Below are positions 9,600 through 17,632 of a stretch of 64,000 nt of DNA, piece after piece. The position numbers and the translations under genes are program-made. The number at the start of each line of letters is the position of its first letter. The stretch's first letter is position 1. The notes beneath the pieces were generated by a model. The model was not told the DNA's origin. It did no database searches and worked only from the letters and a program-made list of their open reading frames with translations. Source of the DNA: Candidatus Pacearchaeota archaeon (GTDB taxonomy: Archaea; Nanobdellota; Nanobdellia; Pacearchaeales; DTIR01); assembly GCA_018303805.1 (NCBI GenBank), contig JAGVXL010000001.1, forward strand, positions 110,208 through 174,207. The letters run 5' to 3'.

Positions 9600-9821
9600 G
9601 CTCCCGTAGTATAGCGGTCAAGTATTCGGGCCTCTCGTCTACAGTTTCTCTTTAGAAACAGAGGAAATCTGCTGATTTCCTACGCCCCGAAAAGCCCGTG
9701 ATGCTCGCTTCGGCGAGGATTGCCTGCTTTTCGCGGAGAGAAGCTATAGGTAGGTAGAGAAACTACAATTCAAAAAGTAGAGAGAACGCCTGAGACACGG
9801 GTTCGAGTCCCGTCGGGAGCA
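9600..9821 (+). tRNA. tRNA-Glu (anticodon CUC) interrupted by an intron of about 149 nt at 37/38
   Basis: 5' exon 9600..9637: GCTCCCG-TA-GTAT-AGCGGTCAA-GTAT-T-CGGGC-CTCTCG. 3' exon 9787..9821: C-GCCTG-AGAC-ACGGG-TTCGAGT-CCCGT-CGGGAGC-A. The intron's 3' end GAGAG can pair with the loop CTCTC, which is BHB-like. It starts only 4 nt after tRNA-Gln. Confidence 0.6.
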
Positions 9822-9932
9822 TGAGGGGATTTTAGCGGGAGCTATAGAAATTATTATCATTTTATTTTTAAAATTCTTGAAACCAACCTACAAGAGTAAT
9901 AGACAAATAGAATTTTCTGGAAGTATAAAAAG

Positions 9933-10598
9933 TCAACAAAGTGTTATATTCTTTTGATTTTTCCATCTCATATCAAAAGTAGCGGATAAAGATTGTATTA
10001 AATCCTTCACTAATTTTATCGGTAATTCAATAATAAAACTTTCTTTATTCCTAACAGAAAATCCATGACCTAGAATGTATAAGACATCTACCGTAAGAAT
10101 ATATCTATCATGTAAATGATTAAAACTAAATCCCTTGATATCAATATTAGAATTCTCCTTTTTGAAATCTTGTAAATCTTTTTGTGAAACTTTTATGTTA
10201 TTCTTGTTATTGAATGTTAAAAACCTAACCTTTGCTTTTTTTATTTTCTCTAATGCTTCTAGAGTATCGTTAGTTAAATAGGGATCACATATCCTTACAT
10301 CTCCTCTAATGTTATTAAGTATAGAAATAAAATTCTTACGAGAAGTTCTAGGTCTTTCTGGTTCAAAGTAATACACTTGTATTTCTTCTTCTTTTCTTGC
10401 TGGAAATCTTTGTCTAAATCCTTTCCCCTCTTTTCTTAAGAATTTTTTAACAGACGGCAATCTTAAAGTCATAGAAATATTACTCGAGCTTATTTTCCAT
10501 TTATCCCATATCTGTTGCTCTATTTTTTTCTTAGTTCTTATATTTTCAAAGAAACCATCTGTCCATAATTGCTTGATTGCTTCAAGAGGCTTTTTCAT
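9933..10598 (-). CDS. Hypothetical 221-aa protein with a degenerate PLD-like motif
   Basis: Full ORF in a low-GC stretch. The motif HLHDRYILTVD...GHGFSVRN resembles an HxK(x)4D...GSxN phospholipase-D-type motif but lacks the Lys. Confidence 0.45.
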   Translation of the reverse strand: MKKPLEAIKQLWTDGFFENIRTKKKIEQQIWDKWKISSSNISMTLRLPSVKKFLRKEGKGFRQRFPARKEEEIQVYYFEPERPRTSRKNFISILNNIRGDVRICDPYLTNDTLEALEKIKKAKVRFLTFNNKNNIKVSQKDLQDFKKENSNIDIKGFSFNHLHDRYILTVDVLYILGHGFSVRNKESFIIELPIKLVKDLIQSLSATFDMRWKNQKNITLC

Positions 10599-10959
10599 TT
10601 TTTAATAGTTTTGGGAGCATTGCTTTAATGAATTGTATAGCCGCTACTTCAGAAATTTTGAGTTGTCTTTCTTTTTCTTCGATTACTTTCTCCTTTACAA
10701 GTTCACTTACCCTATTTAAGATACTTTTATGAGTAATTTTAGATAATAATCCCTTTGCCATAGATATGTCCTCTCTAGATAATGTATCTTTAGGAAGTAT
10801 CTTACATTTAAAACCAATAAGTGCTGTAGTTAATGTTAAAAATATCAGATCATTTGCTTGGATATCAGAACTGCTATTTTATTATCGCTGGTTATCTCTA
10901 CTACTTTTTCTAATTCCTTAAACAATTCTTCAAATTTCATTCTTTCCTCGATCTCCTAT

Positions 10960-11172
10960 TCATATATAATATCTATAAAATACCCCTTCCTTTTTTCTCT
11001 TTAATCTTTCTCTTCTCAAAAGATAAAGTAGATTTACTCTTATATCCTGCAAATTAAAATTATGGCCTGTTCTGTCCTTAATCTCTTTCTTTATTTCCTC
11101 TGCTAGCTTAGGAGTCTTAAGAAAATCACCCAAATCCAATATTCTTTCAGCAATACTTTTTTTATCACTCAT
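10960..11172 (-). CDS. Small (70-aa) winged-helix-like DNA-binding protein
   Basis: ORF whose stop and start overlap its neighbours. The C-terminus LLYLLRRERLKRKKEGVFYRYYI is wHTH-like. Confidence 0.4.
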   Translation of the reverse strand: MSDKKSIAERILDLGDFLKTPKLAEEIKKEIKDRTGHNFNLQDIRVNLLYLLRRERLKRKKEGVFYRYYI

Positions 11173-11399
11173 TTTTGCCTCTTTTTATACCTCCACTCTC
11201 CTTGCTCATTTTTTTCTCTTTCTAAAATGCCTTCTCTACACAGGAATGTTAACAATTGAGATAAAAGGCTCACTTGCTTACCTTTTAGTGTATAACCTCT
11301 ATTGTCTATTTTAGCTACAACTTCTTCAATCTTTCTAGGCTGGTCAAAAAATCCCTCTGATGCAAACTCTTTTAGCATGTTCTTATTTATTCCTGCCAT
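11169..11399 (-). CDS. Small (76-aa) winged-helix-like DNA-binding protein
   Basis: LSQLLTFLCREGILEREKNEQGEWRYKKR is a wHTH recognition-helix plus wing pattern. It overlaps its neighbours by 4 nt and 17 nt. Confidence 0.4.
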   Translation of the reverse strand: MAGINKNMLKEFASEGFFDQPRKIEEVVAKIDNRGYTLKGKQVSLLSQLLTFLCREGILEREKNEQGEWRYKKRQK

Positions 11400-11889
11400 T
11401 CTTTAAATCCTCCAAATGATTCTTGCCAGACTGGCTTACATTCCAACAATTGAGTCCTTCCTTCTTTTGTTCAGCCCGAATCAAAAACCCCCTCTTATCT
11501 AAAAGTTGTATTTTATCTGCTATATTTTTTGGAACAACCTCTCTCATCTCAGACAATGTAGCAGCAATTTCCTTTGTTGTAATCTCCCTTACACCTTTAA
11601 GCTCAAGGAAATGTATAACAACAAGAGTCTTGTCAGTGTCTTTTTGAGGAGCATATCTCAAAAAGAACTCTCTTGAAGACTCTTTTATTAGCGTCGGCTT
11701 TGGCTCATTTTCAGGACTTTTATTTTCAAGATTACTGAGCCTTTTTTCCTGTTCGTCTAATCTCTTGCTTATGTTTTCTAGAAGGTCAATTGCCTTATCC
11801 AGCTTTTCTTCTGTCATTTTGTTTCCTCCCCTGTCAATTATGTCCAGAAGGAGGGAAAAGAGCTTTTTAAATCTTTTGGTTCTATTCAT
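11383..11889 (-). CDS. 168-aa protein with a coiled coil and a C-terminal wHTH
   Basis: The N-terminal half is helical and E/K-rich. The C-terminus LLDKRGFLIRAEQKKEGLNCWNVSQSG is wHTH-like. It is the first gene of the three-gene minus-strand operon. Confidence 0.45.
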   Translation of the reverse strand: MNRTKRFKKLFSLLLDIIDRGGNKMTEEKLDKAIDLLENISKRLDEQEKRLSNLENKSPENEPKPTLIKESSREFFLRYAPQKDTDKTLVVIHFLELKGVREITTKEIAATLSEMREVVPKNIADKIQLLDKRGFLIRAEQKKEGLNCWNVSQSGKNHLEDLKNGRNK

Positions 11890-11907
11890 AAACTAGCATG
11901 AACCCTG

Positions 11908-11966
11908 CCAAAATAATATTAGTTGTGCTTTCCTCCCTGTGATCTCCTGCTTTCCCCATTCTATCA
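11908..11966. repeat. 59-bp direct repeat, copy 1
   Basis: CCAAAATAATATTAGTTGTGCTTTCCTCCCTGTGATCTCCTGCTTTCCCCATTCTATCA, identical to 12184..12242. Confidence 0.85.
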
Positions 11967-12183
11967 TTTTTATCTCTCACCTATCTTACAATCATATTCG
12001 ATATTCATAGTAAAAAAACCTTAATACCTATTGGCTTAGGGTAATATCAATAGAAGATTAAGAGGATGATCATAAGATTACTGCCGATATGGTAATATCA
12101 ATCAATGAATTATGAAAATATCATCATTTTTTTATTCGTGAATTATGAAAATAGTATAAAATCATAGTATAATAAAGTATTTA

Positions 12184-12242
12184 CCAAAATAATATTAGTT
12201 GTGCTTTCCTCCCTGTGATCTCCTGCTTTCCCCATTCTATCA
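12184..12242. repeat. 59-bp direct repeat, copy 2
   Basis: A perfect copy of 11908..11966. The 217-bp AT-rich spacer between the copies contains its own short repeats (GGTAATATCAAT x2, GAATTATGAAAATA x2). Confidence 0.85.
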
Positions 12243-12391
12243 CCAGTATGCGGACCAAGATCAACAAATCCAGAAAACAAGAGAATCCCACAGAGCCTCG
12301 AGCAGAATTTTGGTAATCTTTATAGATTATAGCGAAAGGTTTAAAAATAGGAGTTATATAAGTATATATAATTGGAAAGATAGGAAATGAT

Positions 12392-12685
12392 ATGGATGAG
12401 ATGGAAGAAGTACAGGTAGTAAAAAATATCTTGCACTACCCCCGACTTGATACCGTTTTGATGGTAGAGAAAATGATAAGGAAATATGATGGTGAATATA
12501 TCAAAAAGCAGTTATGGGTAAAACTGCCCAAGAAAGTAATGTACCAGACATTTCTGCTTATTTTGGACTATCTTTTATACTCTGGAAAGATTTCAATTGA
12601 TTCAGAGGGAAAACTTGGGTGGATATTTTACCCAGAATCAGTTCAAAATAGAATAAAACATAAAAATTTGTTTTGGGAAAAATGA
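12392..12685 (+). CDS. Putative antitoxin (97 aa) of a RelE/ParE-type pair
   Basis: Small ORF that overlaps the downstream toxin-like gene by 13 nt, which is the usual TA arrangement. It has no distinctive motif of its own. Confidence 0.4.
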   Translation: MDEMEEVQVVKNILHYPRLDTVLMVEKMIRKYDGEYIKKQLWVKLPKKVMYQTFLLILDYLLYSGKISIDSEGKLGWIFYPESVQNRIKHKNLFWEK

Positions 12686-13017
12686 GGCTTCCATCAAAAT
12701 TGCAGTTTGTTGATGCGAATTTAAAGAAAGCATTTGAAGAGCTCGCCAATTCAAGTTCGCAGGAAAAGAGCTTATATCGATATCTCGAGAGGGCATTCGC
12801 CGATATTGAAAAGAATGCATTTTGTGGAATACAGATACCAAAAAGGCTTATCCCAAAAAGCTATCTTAAAAAGTATAAAATCAAGGACCTTTGGAAGTAT
12901 AACTTGCCAAATGCATGGCGCCTTTTATACTCAATAGAACATGGTGAAATTTATGTTCTGTCAATACTTCTAGAGTGGATGGATCATAAGGAATATGAGA
13001 GAAAGTTTGGGTATTGA
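12673..13017 (+). CDS. RelE/ParE-family toxin (114 aa)
   Basis: C-terminal KDLWKYNLPNAWRLLYSIEHGEIYVLSILLEWMDHKEYERKF fits the RelE/ParE core (...WRLIY.I....I.VL.I.HRKD.Y). Confidence 0.6.
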   Translation: MGKMRLPSKLQFVDANLKKAFEELANSSSQEKSLYRYLERAFADIEKNAFCGIQIPKRLIPKSYLKKYKIKDLWKYNLPNAWRLLYSIEHGEIYVLSILLEWMDHKEYERKFGY

Positions 13018-13068
13018 TTAAATTCCTTTTATAATCAAAAATCTCCTCAGGTCCGTCGGGAGCATTTT

Positions 13069-13770
13069 TTACAATTCAAAATTCACAGGCTTCCAGAACC
13101 TTAAATCATCCAGAGAAATAAATACAGGCATTATTGATTTTGCCTGCTCAACCTCATTATTTGTGCCGTTGGAAGGGTTCATGAAATAAAATATATCACT
13201 TTTGTCTCTCAGCAAGTCCTTTTCCAATGCAATGCATTCCCGCTCCCCAAACCCCCTTTCCTCCCAAAAGGCAAACAAGTTATGAGGAACAAGGGGGATA
13301 TAGCCAAGTTTTGCTATTTCCATTGCTGTGTTATCCGCCTTTTTGATATTCTCCTGCTTTTCCTCTTTTGTTCCAGAATATGGGCCAGCAACATAAACTG
13401 CAAGTTTCTTCACGCAAAGGGCATAGACCCCCTCCTGTTTAATGTTTTCAGCATAGCCTGGAAACTGCAGTGACTTGTCAATGGCCTCCTTCAAAGTTTT
13501 GGCATCAGGCCAGACATTCTGGACACCCTCATTTATAAGCAGTTTCTCTATGTTGTCGTAATGCCTGCAATACCTGACAGCGGCTTTTAATACCTCGTGA
13601 TTTATATCCTCAAAATGCAGCCAGTCATTTTCCTTGAATTCAGCATAGTTTTTTTCCCCGTCAGCAGGATCAGGTACTCTTGGGTCAATAATCCTTCTCC
13701 CTATTGCCCGCATGTCTGCTAGATGCTCAGGATAAATTTTCTTCAAGAAATATTCTTTTCTATCCACCAT
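13069..13770 (-). CDS. 233-aa protein with a C-terminal SLOG / nucleoside 2-deoxyribosyltransferase-like (DUF4406-like) domain
   Basis: KLAVYVAGPYSGTKEEKQENIKKADNTAMEIAKLGYIPLVPHN contains the Y-x-AGP-x-x-G motif of the NDT/Rcl/DUF4406 flavodoxin-like superfamily. The N-terminal 120 aa are unknown. It overlaps the upstream radical SAM gene by 11 nt. Confidence 0.5.
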   Translation of the reverse strand: MVDRKEYFLKKIYPEHLADMRAIGRRIIDPRVPDPADGEKNYAEFKENDWLHFEDINHEVLKAAVRYCRHYDNIEKLLINEGVQNVWPDAKTLKEAIDKSLQFPGYAENIKQEGVYALCVKKLAVYVAGPYSGTKEEKQENIKKADNTAMEIAKLGYIPLVPHNLFAFWEERGFGERECIALEKDLLRDKSDIFYFMNPSNGTNNEVEQAKSIMPVFISLDDLRFWKPVNFEL

Positions 13771-14884
13771 TTTTTCCGGCTTGTTCCTTAACTTCCAGTT
13801 TAATTCCAGTTCTCGGGTTTGCCTTGTAATTCATGCCGTACTTTTTCCATATCAAATCCTGCATAATCTCCTCACTTTCTCTGAAATTTTTGTCAAGTCT
13901 CTGCTGGTAAAGTTCTGGATTTGTGCCTTTTGCCTCAAATCTTGCTTTTTCAGGACCATACAGCTTAAGAGGCAGAATCCATGTTTTGAGGTAAAATCCC
14001 TCCCCAAAAATTCTGGCCCCTTTTTCCATGAATCTTTCTAATGAAGAAGGTTCAGGGGAATAAACAAAGGGATAACAGTCAATTCCCGCTTTTACAAGCT
14101 TTTTCAGGGAATAAAACTGCTCCTGATGAAGTTCTGGGTTGGCTCCTGTAGCTTCCCAGAAACTTACCGTGCTATTGCCCTTGAACGAGCAAAGCACGCC
14201 AAAGTTATTATAGGATGCAATCTGTTCAAGAAGATTATTTTCTAATTCTCCTTTCTGTTCTAAAAAATCAATGAAATGTCCTGTTGACAGGTTTGTATCG
14301 CCTTGTACATATACTTCCCTATTCAACTTTCTCTTTTCCAATTCTTGTAAAACATTTAGCCACTGCTCAATTGCAATAGTTGGCTCCCCGCCAGAAGGCC
14401 TGAAATTATATATCTTCTGCTTTTTTCTTTCCTCCTCAAAAAAATCAATTATTTCAGTGATAGAAAAGAATCGCGAGTTATTTCCATCTTTTCCATTCTT
14501 ATTTGTGTCATCAACATAGCACCATGGGCAGTATAGATTGCATGCCTTAAGCTGGTAAATAAATGTATTCTTTAACTCTTTCAAGGGAACATTTTTCAGC
14601 TTGGAAAAAGCCCAGTAAGGCATATCAAATTCATCCCGCATTGCACCAAAAACAGCCTCGTTATTATGGAAATCCAAAGGCTCAAGATTCTTTTTTGCCC
14701 TCTCTTTGTCATCAAATGCCTTTATATTTATCTTAACCCTGAAAAAATCATTTATTAGAGGTGTTCTCGCCTCTATATCTTTTTGCTGCTCTGTGCCGGA
14801 AAAATTGGCAAGCAAGATTTGCAATTCATTCCCTTTTTTGACAACGTTCTTTCTCAAGTTGTAAAGATGCTCAATATAATCCAT
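13760..14884 (-). CDS. Radical SAM enzyme (374 aa) with an N-terminal extension of about 110 aa
   Basis: CxxxCxxC cluster ACNLYCPWC, followed by RPSGGEPTIA (GGE SAM-binding motif). It resembles PflA/NrdG-activase-like rSAMs. It sits immediately downstream of the MEMO1-like gene. Confidence 0.75.
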   Translation of the reverse strand: MDYIEHLYNLRKNVVKKGNELQILLANFSGTEQQKDIEARTPLINDFFRVKINIKAFDDKERAKKNLEPLDFHNNEAVFGAMRDEFDMPYWAFSKLKNVPLKELKNTFIYQLKACNLYCPWCYVDDTNKNGKDGNNSRFFSITEIIDFFEEERKKQKIYNFRPSGGEPTIAIEQWLNVLQELEKRKLNREVYVQGDTNLSTGHFIDFLEQKGELENNLLEQIASYNNFGVLCSFKGNSTVSFWEATGANPELHQEQFYSLKKLVKAGIDCYPFVYSPEPSSLERFMEKGARIFGEGFYLKTWILPLKLYGPEKARFEAKGTNPELYQQRLDKNFRESEEIMQDLIWKKYGMNYKANPRTGIKLEVKEQAGKNGG

Positions 14885-14962
14885 TTCCCACCCTAGATTT
14901 TATCGTAACTTTAGAGTTTCAACACTTTAAAAAGATTTATGTATTCAGAAATAATGATAAGC

Positions 14963-15835
14963 TTACTTAAACACAATAGAAGCATACCCCACAGCATTGC
15001 CATAATCTCCTGTCAAGTCAGCAGAGGTGTAATATTTTAGCAATCTTGCATTCCTGCTTCCAAGCAATCTGCAAATTTCAATTGCCGCAGAAATGCAGGC
15101 AGCCCCGCATATAGTCTTGCCAGAACAGTATTCAAGAAATTCTTTTGTTTTGAATTTGGCAATTAGTTCTATTGCCTTGCCATCCATCTTGTAAAGATTT
15201 TCCTTTGCATTGCCTGAAAAGGGCAGAAAACCATACGCAGAGCCATAGTGTGTCATATCCCCTGAAGCAATAATGCAGATTTTTCTTTTCAGTTTTTCTG
15301 CTGTTTGAACAATCAGCTTTGCAAATTCAGCATAATTTTTATAATCCTGCTGCTGGCAAATTATCGGAACAATTTCAAACTTACCATGCAAAATAAACTG
15401 CAGAAAAGGCAACTGCACCTCAATACTGTGTTCTTGCTGATGAGCAAGTTTATCTCCGAGGGTATTACCAACTGAAAATCTTTTCCCTTTTCTTTCTAAA
15501 ATAAGTGCATCATAAAATTCCCTATCATTCTTAACAACGCCAAGAGGAGTTTCAAAATCTTCAGAACTCAAGGCAAAATTTGACTCTGCATAGCCAGTAT
15601 GGTTTGTTCCAAGAATTACAAATGTGTCCGCCTTTGCAGATTCTGTAATCGCCTTGTAAGAATGGGCAGCGCACATGCCAGAATAAGCATAGCCGGCATG
15701 CGGCGCAACAACACCATAAACATTCTTGCTTTTGGTGTATGCTGCTTTCCCAAGATAATCCCCAATCTGAGTTTGCAATCCCTTTTTATTCGCAGGATAA
15801 AAACTTCCTGCAACTGTCGGCTTTCTTGCACTCAT
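14963..15835 (-). CDS. MEMO1-family protein (AmmeMemoRadiSam system protein B-like)
   Basis: VAGSFYP, VVAPHAGYAYSG, VILGTNHTGY and HSIEVQLPFLQ are the hallmark Memo/AmrB motifs. 290 aa. Confidence 0.8.
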   Translation of the reverse strand: MSARKPTVAGSFYPANKKGLQTQIGDYLGKAAYTKSKNVYGVVAPHAGYAYSGMCAAHSYKAITESAKADTFVILGTNHTGYAESNFALSSEDFETPLGVVKNDREFYDALILERKGKRFSVGNTLGDKLAHQQEHSIEVQLPFLQFILHGKFEIVPIICQQQDYKNYAEFAKLIVQTAEKLKRKICIIASGDMTHYGSAYGFLPFSGNAKENLYKMDGKAIELIAKFKTKEFLEYCSGKTICGAACISAAIEICRLLGSRNARLLKYYTSADLTGDYGNAVGYASIVFK

Positions 15836-17133
15836 TTTATAACCCTTAATTTTGTAACATCCATATCTTTTATTTCTTCTCCATTCCTCACAAAATTAAG
15901 AAGCCCGTTAATATCCCTAATTCTCCTCTTTGTTTTTGCAAACGCCTTGCCATCCTTGACAAAAACTTTTTTGTATTTTTTCTTAAATTTCAGCAGGTTT
16001 ACAATTCTGTTTATTGGCGGGCCTGCAACAATCATCCCAGAAGAAGGTTTCCTGTAAACAGCATACAGTTTTGCCTCCTTCCTCTTAAACTCAATCTCTT
16101 TTTCCAGGACATCAAAGCTATTTTTCCGCATCAGGAAAGCAATAAAATCAAAGAACCTTCTCAGTTTTGCCGGAGCAACTTCCTCTTTTGACTTTTCTGC
16201 TTTTGCAGAAATAACTGCAAGCAATGCTTTTCTTCTCCTGGCATTCTTAATAATTTCCTCTCCTATATCTTTCTGCTCAAATGATTTTTTTCCAGGCTTC
16301 GCAATAAATTCTTTGCATGCATCAATAAACTTCAGGAGAGTTTCTGCAGAAATAGAGGCAGTTGCATTTCTTATTGCATAAGTAGGGTCAACAAGGATAA
16401 TTGGTGAAACTAGCTTTGCCTCGTTAATTTGCAGCAGGACATCATCAGCATTTTTATAATGCCTTGCCGGATCAATGACAATCTTTTTTCTGTTTTTTAG
16501 CATTACCTTCCATTTTACAGCATTCTTGGCGAGGTTCATTAAACTTCCAAAATGCAGGACAAGCAGTTCAAGGGCATATCCAGAAAAACCCTGAATGTGT
16601 GATTCTGCCCCATAACAATTCTGCGCATAGCAGAATGCCTTTGCCAGGCGGATCTCATCGGCGATTTTGTCGTTTATATGTTTTGAAGCATAATTCACAT
16701 GAAAAAAGGACAAATCCGTAACATTTCTTGCCTCCTGAGGTTTTTTAATGGCAAGCACAGGCACAATTTCAAAAAGAACAGGTTTCTTTCCCCCTGCAGA
16801 AAAATGGAAATAATCCCTTGAGCCATGAATCTTCTTGTATTTTATTTTCTGCAATTTAAGCGCTTTTTCCAGCATATCGCTTAACTGGCTGTCTCTCTCA
16901 GCATACTCTTTATATTGGAACCTCACAAAGATATCTATATCATATCTTTCCTTTTTTATCAGTGTGTTTTTAGCCAAGCTGCCGCCTAGAAACACATCTG
17001 CCCTGCAATGAGCTTTTTTTAATCCGGCTTCAATTTTCTTATTCAATCCGGCAGTCAGCTCTTTTATATTCTTCAATTCTTGTTCAGACGGCTTTATTTT
17101 TTCAAGCACAGAATAAAAAATCTCTTTTTTCAT
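15832..17133 (-). CDS. cca: Archaeal class-I CCA-adding tRNA nucleotidyltransferase
   Basis: 433 aa. N-terminal EKIKPSEQELKNIKEL...LGGSLAKNTLIKKERYDIDIFVRF matches the archaeal CCA enzyme G[SG]xxxG...DxD signature and length. Confidence 0.8.
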   Translation of the reverse strand: MKKEIFYSVLEKIKPSEQELKNIKELTAGLNKKIEAGLKKAHCRADVFLGGSLAKNTLIKKERYDIDIFVRFQYKEYAERDSQLSDMLEKALKLQKIKYKKIHGSRDYFHFSAGGKKPVLFEIVPVLAIKKPQEARNVTDLSFFHVNYASKHINDKIADEIRLAKAFCYAQNCYGAESHIQGFSGYALELLVLHFGSLMNLAKNAVKWKVMLKNRKKIVIDPARHYKNADDVLLQINEAKLVSPIILVDPTYAIRNATASISAETLLKFIDACKEFIAKPGKKSFEQKDIGEEIIKNARRRKALLAVISAKAEKSKEEVAPAKLRRFFDFIAFLMRKNSFDVLEKEIEFKRKEAKLYAVYRKPSSGMIVAGPPINRIVNLLKFKKKYKKVFVKDGKAFAKTKRRIRDINGLLNFVRNGEEIKDMDVTKLRVIK

Positions 17134-17157
17134 GCATAGAAAAATTTAGGGAGATAT

Positions 17158-17490
17158 TTAATTCTTTCCCTCTTCATCTAAAGCCTGTGTTTTTGCCCTT
17201 TCAACTCCCTTCTTTTTCAGTCCAGAGAGAAATGTTGAAGCCAAATCTATGATATACTTGCCCTCTTCAATTTTGAAAACAAGCGGATTTTTCCTGAACA
17301 AGTTTACAAGGTCAATCTCAAACTTGCCGGGCTTGCTTATCCTTATTGACTCAAAATCAAGGATAATCGGCTTTAACTCAGACTCATCAATGCCAAGAAT
17401 CTCGCGAACATCCTGTTCGATTTCATGCTTGTCCTCTGTTGTCAGTGCAGCAGTTTCCTCTTTAAGCATGTTCAAATCAGTGTCTTTCAC
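17158..17490 (-). CDS. Hypothetical 110-aa protein. The annotated start is GTG, and the frame continues upstream into a zinc-ribbon segment.
   Basis: Acidic helical protein. In-frame upstream sequence up to 17604 encodes ...IAHQCVHCGKIYPTASKELLQGCPCGSHFF without a canonical start codon. Confidence 0.4.
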   Translation of the reverse strand: MKDTDLNMLKEETAALTTEDKHEIEQDVREILGIDESELKPIILDFESIRISKPGKFEIDLVNLFRKNPLVFKIEEGKYIIDLASTFLSGLKKKGVERAKTQALDEEGKN

Positions 17491-17632
17491 AAAGAAGAAA
17501 AAATGGCTCCCGCACGGGCAGCCCTGCAGCAGTTCCTTGGATGCAGTAGGATAAATCTTTCCGCAATGGACACACTGATGAGCGATTTTAGCCTCCTTGA
17601 TGAAATAAATAGAAAATCAAAGCTTATAAATT

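Noticed and set aside
11908-12242. Possible CRISPR array, suggested by identical 59-bp repeats
   Set aside because: There are only two copies and the unit is atypically long (59 bp). There is no regular spacer array, no cas genes in the window, and the spacer is an AT-rich promoter-like sequence with its own sub-repeats.
13760-14884. Identifying the radical SAM as a viperin-like (pVip) antiviral enzyme or as QueE/Taw1
   Set aside because: The CNLYCPWC cluster spacing and the GGEP motif fit PflA/NrdG/AmrS-like activase-type enzymes better. The immediate MEMO1 neighbour also argues for an AmmeMemoRadiSam-type context rather than a nucleotide-triphosphate-modifying viperin.
17557-17600. C/D box sRNA in the 17491-17640 intergenic region (CTGATGA / TTGATGA motifs)
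   Set aside because: No convincing D/D' boxes (CUGA) at the right spacing and no terminal stem. The same bases are explained by the in-frame zinc-ribbon extension of the downstream ORF.
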